From the NCBI RefSeq assembly GCF_009914755.1, contig NC_060928.1: DNA of 64,000 nt; one strand, written 5' to 3'. Numbering within the stretch: position 1 is the stretch's first letter; each line of letters opens with the position of its first letter. Shown here piece by piece: positions 1-19,400 of the stretch. The notes beneath the pieces are model-generated. The model searched no databases and was not told where the DNA came from. It saw nothing but the letters and a program-made list of their open reading frames with translations. This stretch comes from the human T2T-CHM13v2.0 reference genome, Homo sapiens. Made by a program: the position numbers and the translations under genes.

Positions 1-14
1 TAATATTTTTATAG

Positions 15-600
15 AAAGGTCACTCTTGTGGCTGTGCAAATACACTGAGGAGCTTGAGGAAGAAATGAATCACAGAAACAACAGAAGCTTGGGTGGTAGT
101 GGAAGTTGTGTTAAAAATTGATTGAATTTCTAATGTATTTTAAAGAATAAAATATATTAGAGTAACAAAATGTTCCAATTAACTGAAAGTAGATAAGAGA
201 CAGAAGCATCAAAGATGTCTCTTAAGCGTTTTGCCCAATCAAGGAGATGGAGATGACATCAACTGCAATTGGTTTGCAGATCCGAAACTCAGTGTTAGGT
301 GAGTGAAGCTTGAGATGCCTGTTGACATGCTAATATTAGGTAAATCAATATACATAGAAACGTGGAATTAGCCATGGGTCACTATGACGATATGCATTTG
401 GGAAGCAGCAAGTATTCACAGATATGATACTTAGTGATTATTAGACAAACCAGAGGTCCTTGGATAAAAACCTGGGACATTACCTTGTTTAGGGGTCAGG
501 AAGACAAAGAAGATTCAGCAAAGGTAACTGAGAAAAAAATAAAATTAGGTCGTGTCAAAAGAAAAGTAAAGAAGGAAGTTTTAAGAAAGAGGCAGTAACT
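15..600 (-). mobile_element. L2 LINE fragment (ancient)
   Basis: Degenerate L2-like motifs (TTGAGATGCCTGTTGACAT; CCTGGGACATTACC...TAGGGGTCAGGAAGAC...CAGCAAAGGTAACTGAG). Boundaries approximate. Confidence 0.6.
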
Positions 601-1015
601 AGCTTAAAAAAAAAATCCTATGACATACCTATTAACTCCTAGTTTCTAGTTGTATTAGTTTTCTAGGGCTGCTGTAATAAAGTACTACAAACTGAGTGGC
701 TTAAACAACAGAAATTTTTTGTCTTACAGTATTGGAGGCTGGAAGTCCAATATCAAGGTGTCAGCAGGGTTGACTGCTTCTGAGGCTGCGAGGAAGAATC
801 TGTTCCATGTCTTTTTTATAGCTTCTGGTGGTTTTCTGGAATTGCGTTCTTTGGCTTGCAATGCATCACTCAAGGTCTGCTTTCATCCATTCTTAGTATT
901 CTCCCAGTGTGTCTGTCCAAAATTCCCCCTTTATAGAAGGACAGCAGCCATGTTGGATAGGGAAGAAGGTCCAGCATGACCTCATCTTAAGTGTCCCCCT
1001 AACAGCCCTATTTCT

Positions 1016-4453
<3,438 letters not shown>

Positions 4454-4941
4454 CAGCCCTATTTCTAAATAAGGTCACTTTCTGAGGTACTAGTGGTAAG
4501 CACTTCAACATATAAAATTTAGCGGGACACAGTTCAACCCATAACATGATTTTTCTATGTAATATAGTTTAGAAGTAGCTGGTTTGGACATATTTAACAA
4601 GTCCAGTACTTGGGAAATATGCTATTAAAATTTTTTCCATTATATTACAATTTATATAAATATACTTGGATATTGATGTTCTCTTTTTTGTTAATGGAAA
4701 ATAAGCTGATTTTAGAATTTTAACAAATCCTCCAATACTTCTTATTTTACTTTACATCAAGGTTGGGTCAATATATCTACATTGAAATTTCCTCAGATAA
4801 CCAAAATATCAGACATTAAGAAATAATCTAGGACATTGTGGAATTTTTTATGAGTATAAATGTTTTGATTAACTTTTGTGTAGCCATAATTATTAAGATA
4901 CTCTTTCTAACTGAGGAGCTCCCTGTTTGCAATACTGAGAA

Positions 4942-5267
4942 CCAGCTATGTACTACAAGGTCTAGAGATAAATGCCAAAGGTTGAGGAGAAAATATGTTT
5001 ATACAAATCTCTAGAAATGGCATTTTGAAGTGAAACCTTGATGCCATTTGATTTGTTATAATTTTTTTCTTTACAATTTCATCAAAATAAAGATTCAAAA
5101 AGAAATGAATCTGGTTAACGAAGTCCCTGTTTGATTTTAATAAATCAAACCAATTTGGTTTTTTTATGAAGTTATGTTTAATTCATATTAAATCATTTTA
5201 TTAAATGTCTGAGGAAAAAAATCTCAAATTTTAAAAACTTTAAACCATAAAGCAGCTCATCATAGAA
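4942..5267 (+). repeat. Copy 1 of an old ~330-bp direct duplication (copy 2 at 8074-8408)
   Basis: Collinear shared blocks ATAAATGCCAAAGGTT, CTCTAGAAATGGYATTTTGAA, TGAATCTGGTTAACGAAGT, TGAAGTTAT, CTCAAAYTTTAAAAACT, CAGYTCAYCATAGAA. Confidence 0.9.
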
Positions 5268-5904
5268 CATGTATTATTTTAGACTCTTGTGCTCATTAAA
5301 CACAGAATTGGCAAACAATTTTGGAAATTGTATCATATATGGAATGAGAGGAGTTAAGACAACAACCTAAGTTATTGTCCGTAAAAGAAATTCTGCTTCC
5401 TAATTCAATAAGCCTTTAGAGAACCTAAGTTGCCACAGTTACCTCACTAAAGAAAAGACAAACAACGACACCTTGTGGCTAAAAACCTTCTTCCATTTTT
5501 GACAATTTTGAGTTTCCAAGGCTTGATAAGAAGTTGTAGCCTTTCTAGATGAATACACAGCATTAGATAAAAGAATTATAAATATATAATAAAATTGAAC
5601 ATACATATTCAGTTTGTATGCTAATGAAATTAGATTTAAAAATAAAATTGATTTCAATAGCTCTGGTTTCTTTTTCCTATAAAAGTAACATTTAATGTGA
5701 TTCAAAACTAACCATCTAAAATAAAATCGTAACAACAAATTACAAATGAGCATTTTAGTTTCTAGTAATGTATCCATTATTTAGTATAAATGTATATTGG
5801 TAAATTGGATAAACTGACAACCCGAGTACTTCCTACAGCTTTATGATTCAGCTAATAGAAACCATTATCACAATGCTCGTACCTGAAGCACCCAAAAAAA
5901 ATAA

Positions 5905-6290
<386 letters not shown>

Positions 6291-6814
6291 ATAATCATTA
6301 ACTTTTCTTCAAACAGTTGTGTCGTCTGTCATAAATACCGAAGGTCCCATCATATTTACTCAAAATACTAAAAGACTAAAGAGAAAGACACTGTTTTTTC
6401 ATGACCTCATTAATTTCTCAGTCTGGATTTAAGGCATTTTTATATGCCAAATCATTATTTAGGAGACCTATTAAAAGCCATCATTTTCTCACAGGAAGTG
6501 TTAAAATAAATAGGACGTTTTGAAAACTAGTCATTATATTTTGTATCTAGAAGTAGCTGGGGATAAGTGAGAGTCATGTAGATTTTCCCATGTTTGTCGA
6601 GATCCACTTGTCTTATGATACTGCTTCTGATCAAAATCATATGAATGCTTCTCAGAACCATTCCCTGAGAAAAAACATCTCCTCATCCTTTTAGTTTTGA
6701 ATTTTTCTCTTTGTCCATTAGATCTATGACTTTATTGTAAACTACCTCAAATCCTTGGTGGAGCCAGCTGGTTAGGAAAACAAATTAAAATAATAAAGGA
6801 TGAAATGAGTAATT

Positions 6815-7021
6815 ATAGCTAGCACCTATGGAAAACTTACTGCATAAAACGCAGTGTTCTGAGTGCTTTACATGATTTAACTACAATTTCACTTCAAAAG
6901 CCTGTATGTATGTGGTAGATACTATCCCCATTTTATAGGTGGGACAACTGCGGCATTGATTAAGTATCTCACCCAGGGTTGCAGAGCTAGTAAGTGGCAG
7001 TTCTAGGATTCAAACGCGGGC
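6815..7021 (-). mobile_element. MIR SINE
   Basis: CCCCATTTTATAGG...GAGCTAGTAAGTGGCAG...GGATTCAAAC, the reverse complement of the MIR core. Confidence 0.85.
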
Positions 7022-8073
7022 AATTTTCTAAAGGCTGCTATCCTGATTCAAAAGGAGAGGGAAACACCATTGGTTTCCCAGCTTGGAGACAGTTCAGAGA
7101 TGGATGCCAGTCATGGTGCAAACAGGAGACCTCAGACAAGCTACTCAGCATCCATAAACTTCTAGAGGCTTAAATGTATTTAAGCAATACATGTATTTTT
7201 CAAGAATTCCAGGATTCAGTGAGCTTTCTGGTAAAGCTTTGGCCAGAAGACCACCATCCTATTGCTTATAAATTGTTTGTTGAGGGGAACAAAGAGGGCA
7301 TTTAAAAGGAACCAGTTCCTATATTCCACTTGGAAGTCTTGGGCTTCTAGGGAACAACCATGTTTTGATTCTCCAGATATCACGATCATTTAACAAATGA
7401 AATGCTGAGTCTGAGAAAAATAAAACTGAATATTACATTCGAAGTCGTTTTGCCCTACCACAATATCTTTCATGGCTCCAAGGCATGTCATCAAGTGCTC
7501 AAAATATCCTCTAAGGAACTTTCACTTAATTTGCTTGATTTTTAAATATATATTTTTAATTCACCTGATATTTGAAAGAGCCACAAATCCCACAAATTAC
7601 TGTATTTACTCTGTGGAGCCTGGGGAATTTAGGATTAACTGAGCAGTTGGGGTGTGGGGGGTGGGGGTGGAAAGTGTTAAACTAAAAATAAAAAGGTTTA
7701 AAATGTTTTCCAAAATTCTTGAGCATAAGAATGTAGGATTTAGTACTCTAATTAATGGGATTAGATGGTTTAGAGGAGCTTGAAAATGGATAAACTGGAA
7801 TTTTTCACAGTAAAGTAGACAATTCTAACTTCATTTACCTTAAAGTAGAAAAATTACATTAACTCATCTGTATCTCCAGAGTGCTGACACAAAGTGGATC
7901 TTGTTTATACTAAATAGAATAGAGAAAAAAATTTTCAAAGACTGGGCAAAGATAAAGCTGCAATAAAAGTCATCAGTGCTTGAAACACTCAAATGTTCCC
8001 TGAAGACTTGACTTTAAATTTCCAATTTAAATGGAAAAACTCTTAAACAGCATCACATTTACAATGGTGCACG

Positions 8074-8408
8074 CCAGTTATGTAATAGGAGGATAGACAT
8101 AAATGCCAAAGGTTAAGTAAATAAATTGGTATTTATACACAGCTCTAGAAATGGTATTTTGAAATGAACCCTTGGTTTCTGTTTGATTTGGACCATCTCT
8201 CTTTCTCTTACTAATCCAGTTCAATCAAAACAAAATAAGGATTCAATAAAGACTGAATCTGGTTAACGAAGTTCCTATCAATTTCAGTAATTTAAACCAA
8301 TCTGTTTCTTTGAAGTTATATTTAATTTATATTGAGTTATTCTATTAAATTTTTTAAAATCCTCAAACTTTAAAAACTCTTTTAAATATGCCACAGTTCA
8401 CCATAGAA
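8074..8408 (+). repeat. Copy 2 of the old ~330-bp direct duplication
   Basis: Aligns collinearly with 4942-5267 at an offset of ~3.13 kb. Confidence 0.9.
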
Positions 8409-8891
8409 TAAGGATAGAACCTAAAATAAAATGTGGCTTTTAGTGAGTGACCAATAATTGCAGTAGTTTTTATTGTTATTAAGAGTTTTAATTTAAGGAA
8501 GATTACATAACACGGAAATTTATCATTGAACTTACAAAGAGCGGCTGTAAAAAGGGAATGAATCATTTTTAAAATGTCTTCATCACCTAAGTTTGCTTAT
8601 CTAAAGGGAATCTTTAGCTGAAATTTTAATTACCTGATATGTACACCTGTCTAGGTCAAAAACTTTGAAAACTTTTTTTTTCTCTAATTGCCACACTGTT
8701 TAAACAAGAAAATGATAATCATTTCTTCTATGTCAAACAGATGTAGATCTTTCCAGATGCTGATAGGGAATATCCTGACATATATAGAATGTCTTTAGCT
8801 AGTGAGTCATATCAATATAACAGAGTCATAAGAATGGAATTTCTTCAGGTAATTTTCCATTCAAACTTGTAAACTTATATGTGACCCAAGA

Positions 8892-8933
8892 GTGTGTGTG
8901 TGTGTGTGTGTCCGTGTGTCTGTGTGTGTGTGT
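8892..8933. repeat. (TG)n microsatellite, interrupted
   Basis: Seen directly. Confidence 0.9.
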
Positions 8934-9100
8934 TTGGGGTCTATCTAGAAATAAAGCTTTGTAATAAATAATAAATCAAAAAAAATTAGAAATTTGTCCA
9001 TACTATTCATTTGTTTTAATTATTTTCTTCTAAAGTTTCATATTTGTAGAATTGTTGCTTACATTTTATATACTAGTCTCATGAATGGATACAGTCTAGG

Positions 9101-9962
9101 AGATGCAGGATATTTTTCTGACCCCTTCGTGGGACTAGTGGCAGGGGTGCTATTTACTCAGCCCACCCCACTCAACCTCTTGCAGGAGGGAGTGAGCGAG
9201 AGAATGAGTGTGTGAACCAAAATGAGTGAGTGTAGGAACCGGCAGGCTGCTTTAGCCCCAGCAGGAGCAAACTGTGCAGGCCCTGTGGCAGCGTCCAGGT
9301 GGGGGTGCCTGTGACCACAATGCCCCAGAGAGCATGCTACAAGGCTCTCTTAGCTCCACCGTCATGCAGACAGCAGCATGTTATTAGCTCAGTGGGCCCT
9401 TTGCCTCATCGCGTGGGGCAGCTATCTTCTGCCAGCAAGGGCAAAGGGCCAGTGTGACAACCTTTTTGGGTATCTGCACTTGGTGTTTCCCGAATTCTTG
9501 TTCAGTGTCCAAGAGGAATCAGGTCATGACAAACTGAAGGATGGTGAATGTGGAGAATTTTACTAAGCAATGAAAGTGGCTCTCAGGGAAGAGGGGAGCT
9601 AGAAAGGGGATGGGGAGGGCAGGTCACTCTCCCCTGAAGTCAGGCCACTTCTCTGCCTCTCTCTTCTGAAGTCAAGTTGCCTCTTTCCAGCATCCATCTA
9701 CTTTTCCTCTCCACCGGCTGAGTCAGGGGTCTTCATAGGCACAGGATAGGGAGCAGAGTAGGCCATAGGTAATCTTGGAAAAGGCAACATTCGATTGGTA
9801 AAAAGACATTATTCACAAAGAACCAATTGGGAGAGAGCAGGCACACAGAGATGGAAGTTCTCACTTTGGGCCACAGATTCCAGGCTTTTTGGCTCAAAGG
9901 TAAGGTTTTGCCAGGGACTCACCCCGGTCTGCCTAGAATTTCTCTGCCTCCTGTCACTATCA
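9101..9962 (-). mobile_element. ERV1 solo LTR (LTR1/LTR27/LTR28-like group)
   Basis: Minus strand begins TGATAGTGACAGGAGGCAGAGAAATTCTAGGCAGAC and ends GAAAAATATCCTGCATC. GC-rich against its flanks. 4-bp TSD-like TAGG/CAGG. Confidence 0.8.
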
Positions 9963-10304
9963 CAGGGATTCCATGTTTCTTCATTAAGACAATGATGCTA
10001 AAAGAACAAATAAAATTGCTTGGTTTTGGTATGTTGGGGCTTTTCCTCACTAACATCTTTGTATAGTCTTGAATGGCCTTTTTCCAACGCCGCCACCAAC
10101 ATCTCTGTGTAGTCTTGAACTGCCTTTTTCCAACCCCCACCCCCGATAGAATGTTTGATTTCTCAGTCAAATGGAATCTGCTTCCTTTGCATCCTATTAA
10201 AGAATGAACATAATTAGCCAATTAGGAGAGGATGAGACCAAATCACCTGGGATGAGGCAGCTTTAAGGTAATTGCCTAATTCAAGACAAATATGTTTTCA
10301 TCAT

Positions 10305-10834
10305 TGTGATAGGCAGTATAATGCCCTCCCTCACACTCCCAAGATGGCTATGTCTTAATCACTGGAAGCTGTGAATATGATAGGTTATGTGGCAAAAGGG
10401 AATTCAGGTTGCTAACTGACTGCCCTTAAAATAGAGAGATTATCCTGGATTATCCATGGGTTTCCACATGGATAATCCAAGGGTCCTTTTAAGTGGAAAA
10501 TGGAGCTAGAAGAGAGTCAGCAGAAAATGTGCCTTGGAAGATGGTCAGAATGCTGCATTGTGGGGACTCAGCTGCCTTATCTGGCTTAGAAGATGTAGGA
10601 AGGGCAGTGTAAACCAAGGAATGTAGGTGGTCTCTACAAACTGGTAAAGGCTGGGAAATGGATTCTCAGCTTCAGCCTTGAGAAGGAACACGACATTGAC
10701 AACACCTTGATTTTACCCTGGTAAGACTCATGTTAGATTTCTACCCCACAGGGCTCTAAAATAATACATTTGTGTTGCTGTTAAGCCACTGAGTTTGTGG
10801 AAATTTGTTGCGGCAGTAATAGAAAACCAACACA
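10305..10834 (+). mobile_element. MLT1D-like MaLR solo LTR
   Basis: TGTGATAGGCAGTATAATG...GAGATTATCCTGGATTATCC...TTAAGCCACTGAGTTTGTGG...TAGAAAACCAACACA. Confidence 0.85.
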
Positions 10835-10929
10835 AAAATTAACTGAGCGGCTTTGATATACTAAGGTGAGCACTAGGGATAGGAAGATTCAACTCAGTTA
10901 ACTCCAGTGTTTCAGTGAATATTTCTCAT

Positions 10930-11103
10930 TAGGGTTGCCAGATAAAATACAGGATGTCTAAATACATATAAATTTCAGATAAACAATCAATTCTTTAGTA
11001 TAAGTATGTTTAATATTTAACACTTACTAAAAATTATTCAATATATCTGAAACCAAATTTCACTGAGTATCCTGTATTTTATTTGCTAAATCTAGCAACC
11101 CTA
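10930..11103 (-). mobile_element. MER53 hAT MITE (palindromic)
   Basis: TIRs TAGGGTTGCCAGA...TCTAGCAACCCTA, internal inverted symmetry, 8-bp TSD TTTCTCAT/TTTCTGAT. Confidence 0.9.
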
Positions 11104-13734
11104 TTTCTGATTCATATGTCTAGGAAGTTTCAGGAATTACCTCTGCTCAACAGAACTGCTCCCTGCTAAACATGCTGAAACCCTTTTCTTAGTTATGTTC
11201 CTACTATATTTTAGGTCTAATTTATCATGCAGGGCCTGGCTTTCTTTATGATAATAGGGCCGCCTGGTTTCCTGGTCATGCTATTATTGTCATGAATTGC
11301 AAGTAGGGTCAGTGGATTTTTGCTAAATGTGACAGTACTATATTTATTTGGAGCCTCATATGCATTGTCTTTCTTGGATTTCATCCAATTTCCATTTCTC
11401 TCCTGCCAAAATACTATGCTGACTATCCAAGCACTGCTTAGAGAGCAGTATTCAGGCTCTGACCCTGGGCATAAATGTGCTCCCCCTGCTTGTTTTAAAT
11501 AATCTCATTTCCACAGCAGCTGTTGATTCTGCTTTGCTGAACTGTTCAGTAAACTGTGCATTAATGCCATTAAATTAGAACAAATTAGCATGCCTTCTCC
11601 CACAGCACTTTCATCTGGCTGTTAACTTACATTTATGAAAATCATGACTCATGCATAGCTGCACATTTAATAGTCTAATATTTTCAAAAAGAATTATATA
11701 GTTCCTTTCAATAGGTTTTTACATTGCCAGGGAATGGGTAAGAATAGAACATCTGTTTCTGTAAGTCTGAAAATATATTATGGTACATGCCCACTTATTT
11801 CAAATTGACTAGCTTTTATTCTCATAGTATAGTAGCTATAGGTCAGATTAATCTGTTTCTCATTCAGCAGAATATAAAGAGAAAAGTAGAATGTTAATTC
11901 TAGATAAGATATAGGGGTACAATTTTAAGTTGATGTTACAGTTACATCTTCCCCTTAATATATTTGGAGTTTATTGCCGAAATAATTTCTTCCAATGGTA
12001 AGAGATTTTTAATATAGATTCTTCAGGTAGCCTTAACATATGCAATGAAATCATTTTACAAATATATGTGATTCCCAACCATAAACAAAGTCCATTTCTG
12101 TTCATTAAGTTTATGAATTATACCAGTTTTCTTGCTTTTTTAGAATTTCAGAACAATTCCAAATAAAACTACACAAAATTTTCATTCAATACCAGTGTAA
12201 TTTTTCACTATTTTGCCTATGTAATAAGTACCATTAGGCAATATAGTTATAACGCTTTTTATCTTTTCCTTTTGAGCAATACCAAAAAAAATGGTGGCCA
12301 TTCTGATTTGATAAGATGTGTAAAACACAAATCTCCACAAACATACAACCATCAAAGGTCACTTTACAGATAAAGAAACCATAGACCCTAAAAAGACAAA
12401 GAGTTTGCTTAAGGATTTTGTGGTGGTTGATAAGGTTAGATAGAATACAAGATAAAAACGTGAAGATTGTAAAGCAAGAGCAGAATCGCAAAACGTTGAG
12501 AAACAAGGGTAAAAATTGCAATACCATAAAGATAAATATCTTGCTTGAAATTGCCCATGACTTTGGCAGTATATGTTTTCTTAAAGATAAATAACAAAAA
12601 GTTACTGTTTCTGCATTTTAAACAACCAATTAAACTAATTGCTCAGGAAAAACACAAATATTATCAGTCTTAATACTACATATGAATTCCTTCTTGAGTT
12701 CCTCATAAGGAGTACACCACGGAACAGATAAGCAAGACATCTTACAAACTCCAGACAAGAAGCAGGTCAAAAATCCAAGTCTGCTTTTATTCCACCAGAC
12801 TACTAAGCAACATTGTTGGTTTCTGATTCTTCTCAACAAACCTGTAGATACACTATAATACCTTCCATTCCTTCTACCTTTCAGTGAGGTTGATATACGT
12901 GTTTTTTTTCTATGAAGGCCAATTCCCTCCAATCATAACAGAAGATAACATTTTACTATCTGTGCTTTTTATTTTTTATAATGTTTAACTAGAATGAAAG
13001 TTACAGGAGGATGTGTTCCAAATGTGTAGTATAACATAGAAAAAGGTACATCATTTTTGAAGAATGACTAAAAGGATATGGTCTAGCTTTAGTATAGATG
13101 AAAAGAGTGGGACAATCTCAGTTCTCTGTATAGATCCATATAAAAAATCACCGCAGTTTGGCAAATGTGCTCATCAGGTTTGGTTAGCATAACAGTTCTA
13201 GAGGAAAAAGAAGCTGGGACTGCTAATAACATGCAAACTTCTGTGAACTGGCTTTCCAGGGCTTACTTTCCCAAAGTAGCCCTGAAAAGATGGCTTGCAA
13301 TTCCACCCCAGCCCTGATTTCAGTGTACCATATGTCTAGTGGTGAGTTGAGTGCAGCTAGAAGACGCTTCATTCCAATTTCAAATAAAATATTTATCTAT
13401 CTACATTATCTCATTCAAAGAATCTTAAAGGCAAAAAATGAAACACTCCAAAGAACAGGATTCTTTTCACTAGTTGAAATTGTAAAAAATCAGCATCTTG
13501 TCTTGCCTAGTGTTTTCTTTCATTGTTTAATATAACTTTTCTAGGTCTGCTTTGTACCAATTAGAACTCTGTTTACATTCATGCATAGAGTAAAAATAAG
13601 CAGTGCTCATTTTCACTCTTGAGGCATGAAGTTTCTGAATAGTCAAATATAGGCTACATTTTATATTCCTAAGAACATCTCTTTTATTTACCATATCAGA
13701 AGGGCAGGTATTTTTTTAATATCCATAGGTTTTT

Positions 13735-14050
13735 ATGTTCTTATTTCAAAAAAAATCTCAAATATCCACAAAAGCAGAACAAATAATACAATCAAACCCC
13801 ATGGATTTATTAGTCAGTGACAACAGGCTGCAACTCTAGGCCATTCTGGTTTCATCTATACCCTTACCTTCTACCTTCCCCCCTACACAATTACTGTAAA
13901 ACAAACCCTAAAGATTCCTATTTCATTGTTTAATATTTGTACGTAAAGATCTTAAAGGAAACAACTTTTTCATTCAACACTACCACAATTCTGTTATCAC
14001 ACTAAAACATTTACTAGCAATTCCTTAGTACCACCCAATAACCTTGCAAA
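13735..14050 (-). mobile_element. Old L1M (L1MC/ME) 3' fragment
   Basis: TCAAATATCCACAAAAGCAGAAC...CCCCATG pattern resembles L1M 3' ends. Approximate. Confidence 0.5.
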
Positions 14051-14959
14051 CCCAACTATCACACCACTAGATAATCTCATGAATAGTTTTTAGCAGTGCT
14101 TGGTTCTAGAACTTTAGACTTTAGTATAGTAACAACTCTATGAGTTAGATATGATTATTATTCTCCTGAGAAATGAAGAAAATGTGTCTTGAGATAGTAA
14201 CACAAGACAGTTTGGTTCCAGGTGATGTGCTGTATGATCTGACATGTTCTATTAATTTCCTCCTGTAAATATCATTTAAGGGCCTAATATACAGCGGGGA
14301 GAGTAAAGGGTCATTGGAATATATCAGTGAATATAGTAGACAAAAATATCAGCCTCCTTAGAGCTCATATTATAATGAAATTAGATAGAAAATAAATTTA
14401 AAAATAATAAATAGGTAAATGCTCTCACTTGATAAAGGTAAAAGTACTGTTGGAAAAAAAGAAAATAATATCACAGCTGACTTGTGGTTCCAGGAAGGAT
14501 CATTGCAATTTTAAATAGGTATTCGGGGTAGGCATGATTGGAAAGGGCAAAGACTTTCAGGAGAGAGAAGTAATTATGCAAATATATGCCCATAAAGAGA
14601 GATCCCAGGACCAGGGCCTCAATTGGGTAAGAGAGGGGGAAGAATGAATTCTAATATCAGCTAACCAATTGTTTCATTCCTTGTGCCACTGGAGGTTTAA
14701 GCATGGAACTGTTGTACAAACCGACCAATGAGACCTGAGCATAAGCATGGTTAGAGTTTCAAATGAGGGTTTCCTCCAATGATTAAAGGACTCATAGGAA
14801 AAGAGACAGTCTGAGGATGACACTTCCTATCAAAATGTCAAAAAGTGGATGCCCTCAAATACTGCTGGCAGAGCATAAGTTGCTGTAATTTTGCTGATGG
14901 AAAATTAAATAATACACTTGAAAGAATACTAGTAAAATTACGTGATAAATATTATAATG

Positions 14960-15170
14960 CCTGTAGCTAAATTTTGTCTATTGTCATGTATCAGACATGG
15001 TGTAATGTGTCTTACATTTACCATCTTGTTTAATCTTTAAAACAACCCTACCCTATGAGTTAGATGTGATTATTATTCTCCTGAGAAATGTAGAAAATGT
15101 GTCTTGAGAAAGTAACATTATTTTCTCAGTTTTGCACAGGCAGGAAGCTAGAAGGGATTTTGGAGTCTAT
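14960..15170 (-). mobile_element. MIR fragment
   Basis: TTTAATCTTTAAAACAACCCT...ATGAG...ATTATTCTCC...GAAAATGTGTCTTGAGAAAGTAA resembles the reverse MIR core. Confidence 0.6.
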
Positions 15171-15866
15171 ACTTAAATATTTGATCTAAGAAATTGTTAA
15201 AAATAGATATGAAATTATATGCATAAAGTTGTGTACCAAATGCTTATTATAATGTGAAACTTTGAGAGCAAAATCAAAATAGCATTGAGGACCTGTTCAA
15301 CTAAATTTGGCTACTTCTGAATAGAGAGTTAGTTAAACACATTGCAATAGTTAAGATTCCTGAATAAAATATTGTACAGGGAAAAGACACCAGAGAAAGG
15401 ATATTGTAAAACATCCATTTTTAGACATTGAGGAGAAGAAACATATCAGAGAAGTTGAAGCATAAGCAATAATTTTATGTGTCACAGGAGAAGAGGGAAG
15501 GAGTAGTGAAGGTGGATTAAGCAAAATGACCAATTTTTCAAGGAGATGGATTTGCTATTGCCTTTGAAAACTGGGAGACTATTGATGACCCTTAAGAGTG
15601 AAGATTTCAGTTGGTATCTAAAGACAGATTTCAAGACATAATAAAAAGAAGTTGAAACTGTCATTTCAAGACATATTATGGTAAAGAAAAACAAGTAGAA
15701 AATAATAGATTTATCTTTGACTCTGGAGTGAACAGAGTATCTACAGAAATTTTTTTTTTGAGGCATGGTTGTAGTAGTTCAGATAAGAATTGAACTAAGT
15801 GTGGTTCACACCAAGGTTTTAACTTGTTTTCTCCTTTAAAATCCAGCTTTTGCCTTCACCACACTA

Positions 15867-16193
<327 letters not shown>

Positions 16194-17869
16194 TCATGTA
16201 AACGTTAGATTTCTAGATATGTGTATGCATACTATGGCTAATAAATTCAACAGAAGGAGGCCCGCATTTATTTCATAGAAACAATAATTTAGTGATGGTG
16301 CATGTGATCTTATGAATTCTTTAGACCTCTGGCAGTCATACCTGACAGATTCATGGCAAGGGAAATAACTATTTACCAAAGGATACATTTGCTTGTCTGA
16401 CATGTTTGAGGAACCCTGCCTTTAATTACATAAGCAGATATTTATATCTTAACACCAATTATGACTTATTAATTCTGGCAGCAATAAAGCAACTAAGGAC
16501 ATACTGTCACTCCTAAATATGTCACGATGTGAAAAATTAACTCAATTCTAGCTAAGTTGCCATGCATTTTTAAATAGCAAAATAAATATGACTAAATAAC
16601 ACTCTGACTTCAATGGATTAAAATTAAGCAAATTTTTCAAGTAATATTTACTGCTACCCAGTTTATTAAACCACATCTATCAATGAAAGCAGAGCCACTA
16701 TTTTTAGCCTTTTAAACTTCCTCAAATATAAGATATATTGCAGATGAGTATGAGCTAAAACTAGAGAAGCTCTAAAAATTGAAACAAATATTTTGCAAGG
16801 ATACAGTTCACATTTACCACCTGATAGTTAAAATAATTACTTTGTGTTGTGAAATCTAGTATCTTAAATGAAAACGGAGGACATAGAAAAGTATAGGCTC
16901 TTGATTTATTTTGAAGAAAAAATTCTTAATTAATTTATACAATTCAATAGTCCTTGTTTATTTCTGAAACCAGACTTATCAAGATTTACAAAAGATGTAT
17001 CTTCTGATGATCAATGTATTACATTTTTGTGACTTATTAATCAAATGGTGGTGATGAATGTTTTTACATTAACAGTATTGTGAGGGCACCCCAAAATTAT
17101 TATATAGATATTAGGGTAATTCTATCAAGCCATAACTTTGCAGTGATCATCAGATTTAATCAACCTATAGAGTTTATTTGGTTGATATATTGATGTCCAG
17201 TTTCTCTCTCAGTAATTTGTAATAAAATTTGCCTGGGGACAGAATATTGTAACAGTTAAATGATAACTGTTTCATCAGCGGGAGTTTAATTAGGTTAGCA
17301 GCTGTATTCTAAAAGCATCCACAGAATGCTTTTTCCTAAGAGTCACGTGAGCCTAGAAACCAGCACTTCCACTGGAGTATATACTTTGCTGTCCTGTCAT
17401 CTCTAGCTCATGCACGGCTTTAACGATGCACCACAAATGGCACCTATTACTTGAGTCATTCTCAGTCATAAACTTTTCCTAAAACATGAAGACTCCCTGT
17501 TTGACTCTGCCTGTCAGGATACTAGGAGAAATACACAGAATTCATTAACAATATTGATAAAACTATATAATATTTTTCATGTAATGGCACTATGGAATTC
17601 CTCATATTGTCTTCACTAGGTCTTTGACCCTGCTTTACCCTCCTAGAATGCCTTCACATGTGAAGCATCTTGTAATACCTTTTGAAACACTGTCTATACA
17701 TAAAACTATAAAAACATGGCAGGTGGAGGTAAAAGTCCTCTTTTCTGTATACATGCAGAGACGTTACAGATAAAATATAACACCTAAGATTTAGTACATG
17801 TCATAGTTCAAAAAAAGAGAAAATTATCTGCATGTCTAAAGTGAAGAAAGACAGAATGATAAATTTGAA

Positions 17870-19400
<1,531 letters not shown>

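Noticed and set aside
7649-7670. G-rich run as a G-quadruplex
   Set aside because: Only three clear G3+ tracts and no supporting context.
12630-12932. 100-aa minus ORF and possible exon (CTACAG...GTAAGA)
   Set aside because: No recognisable homology and a weak polypyrimidine tract; consistent with chance.
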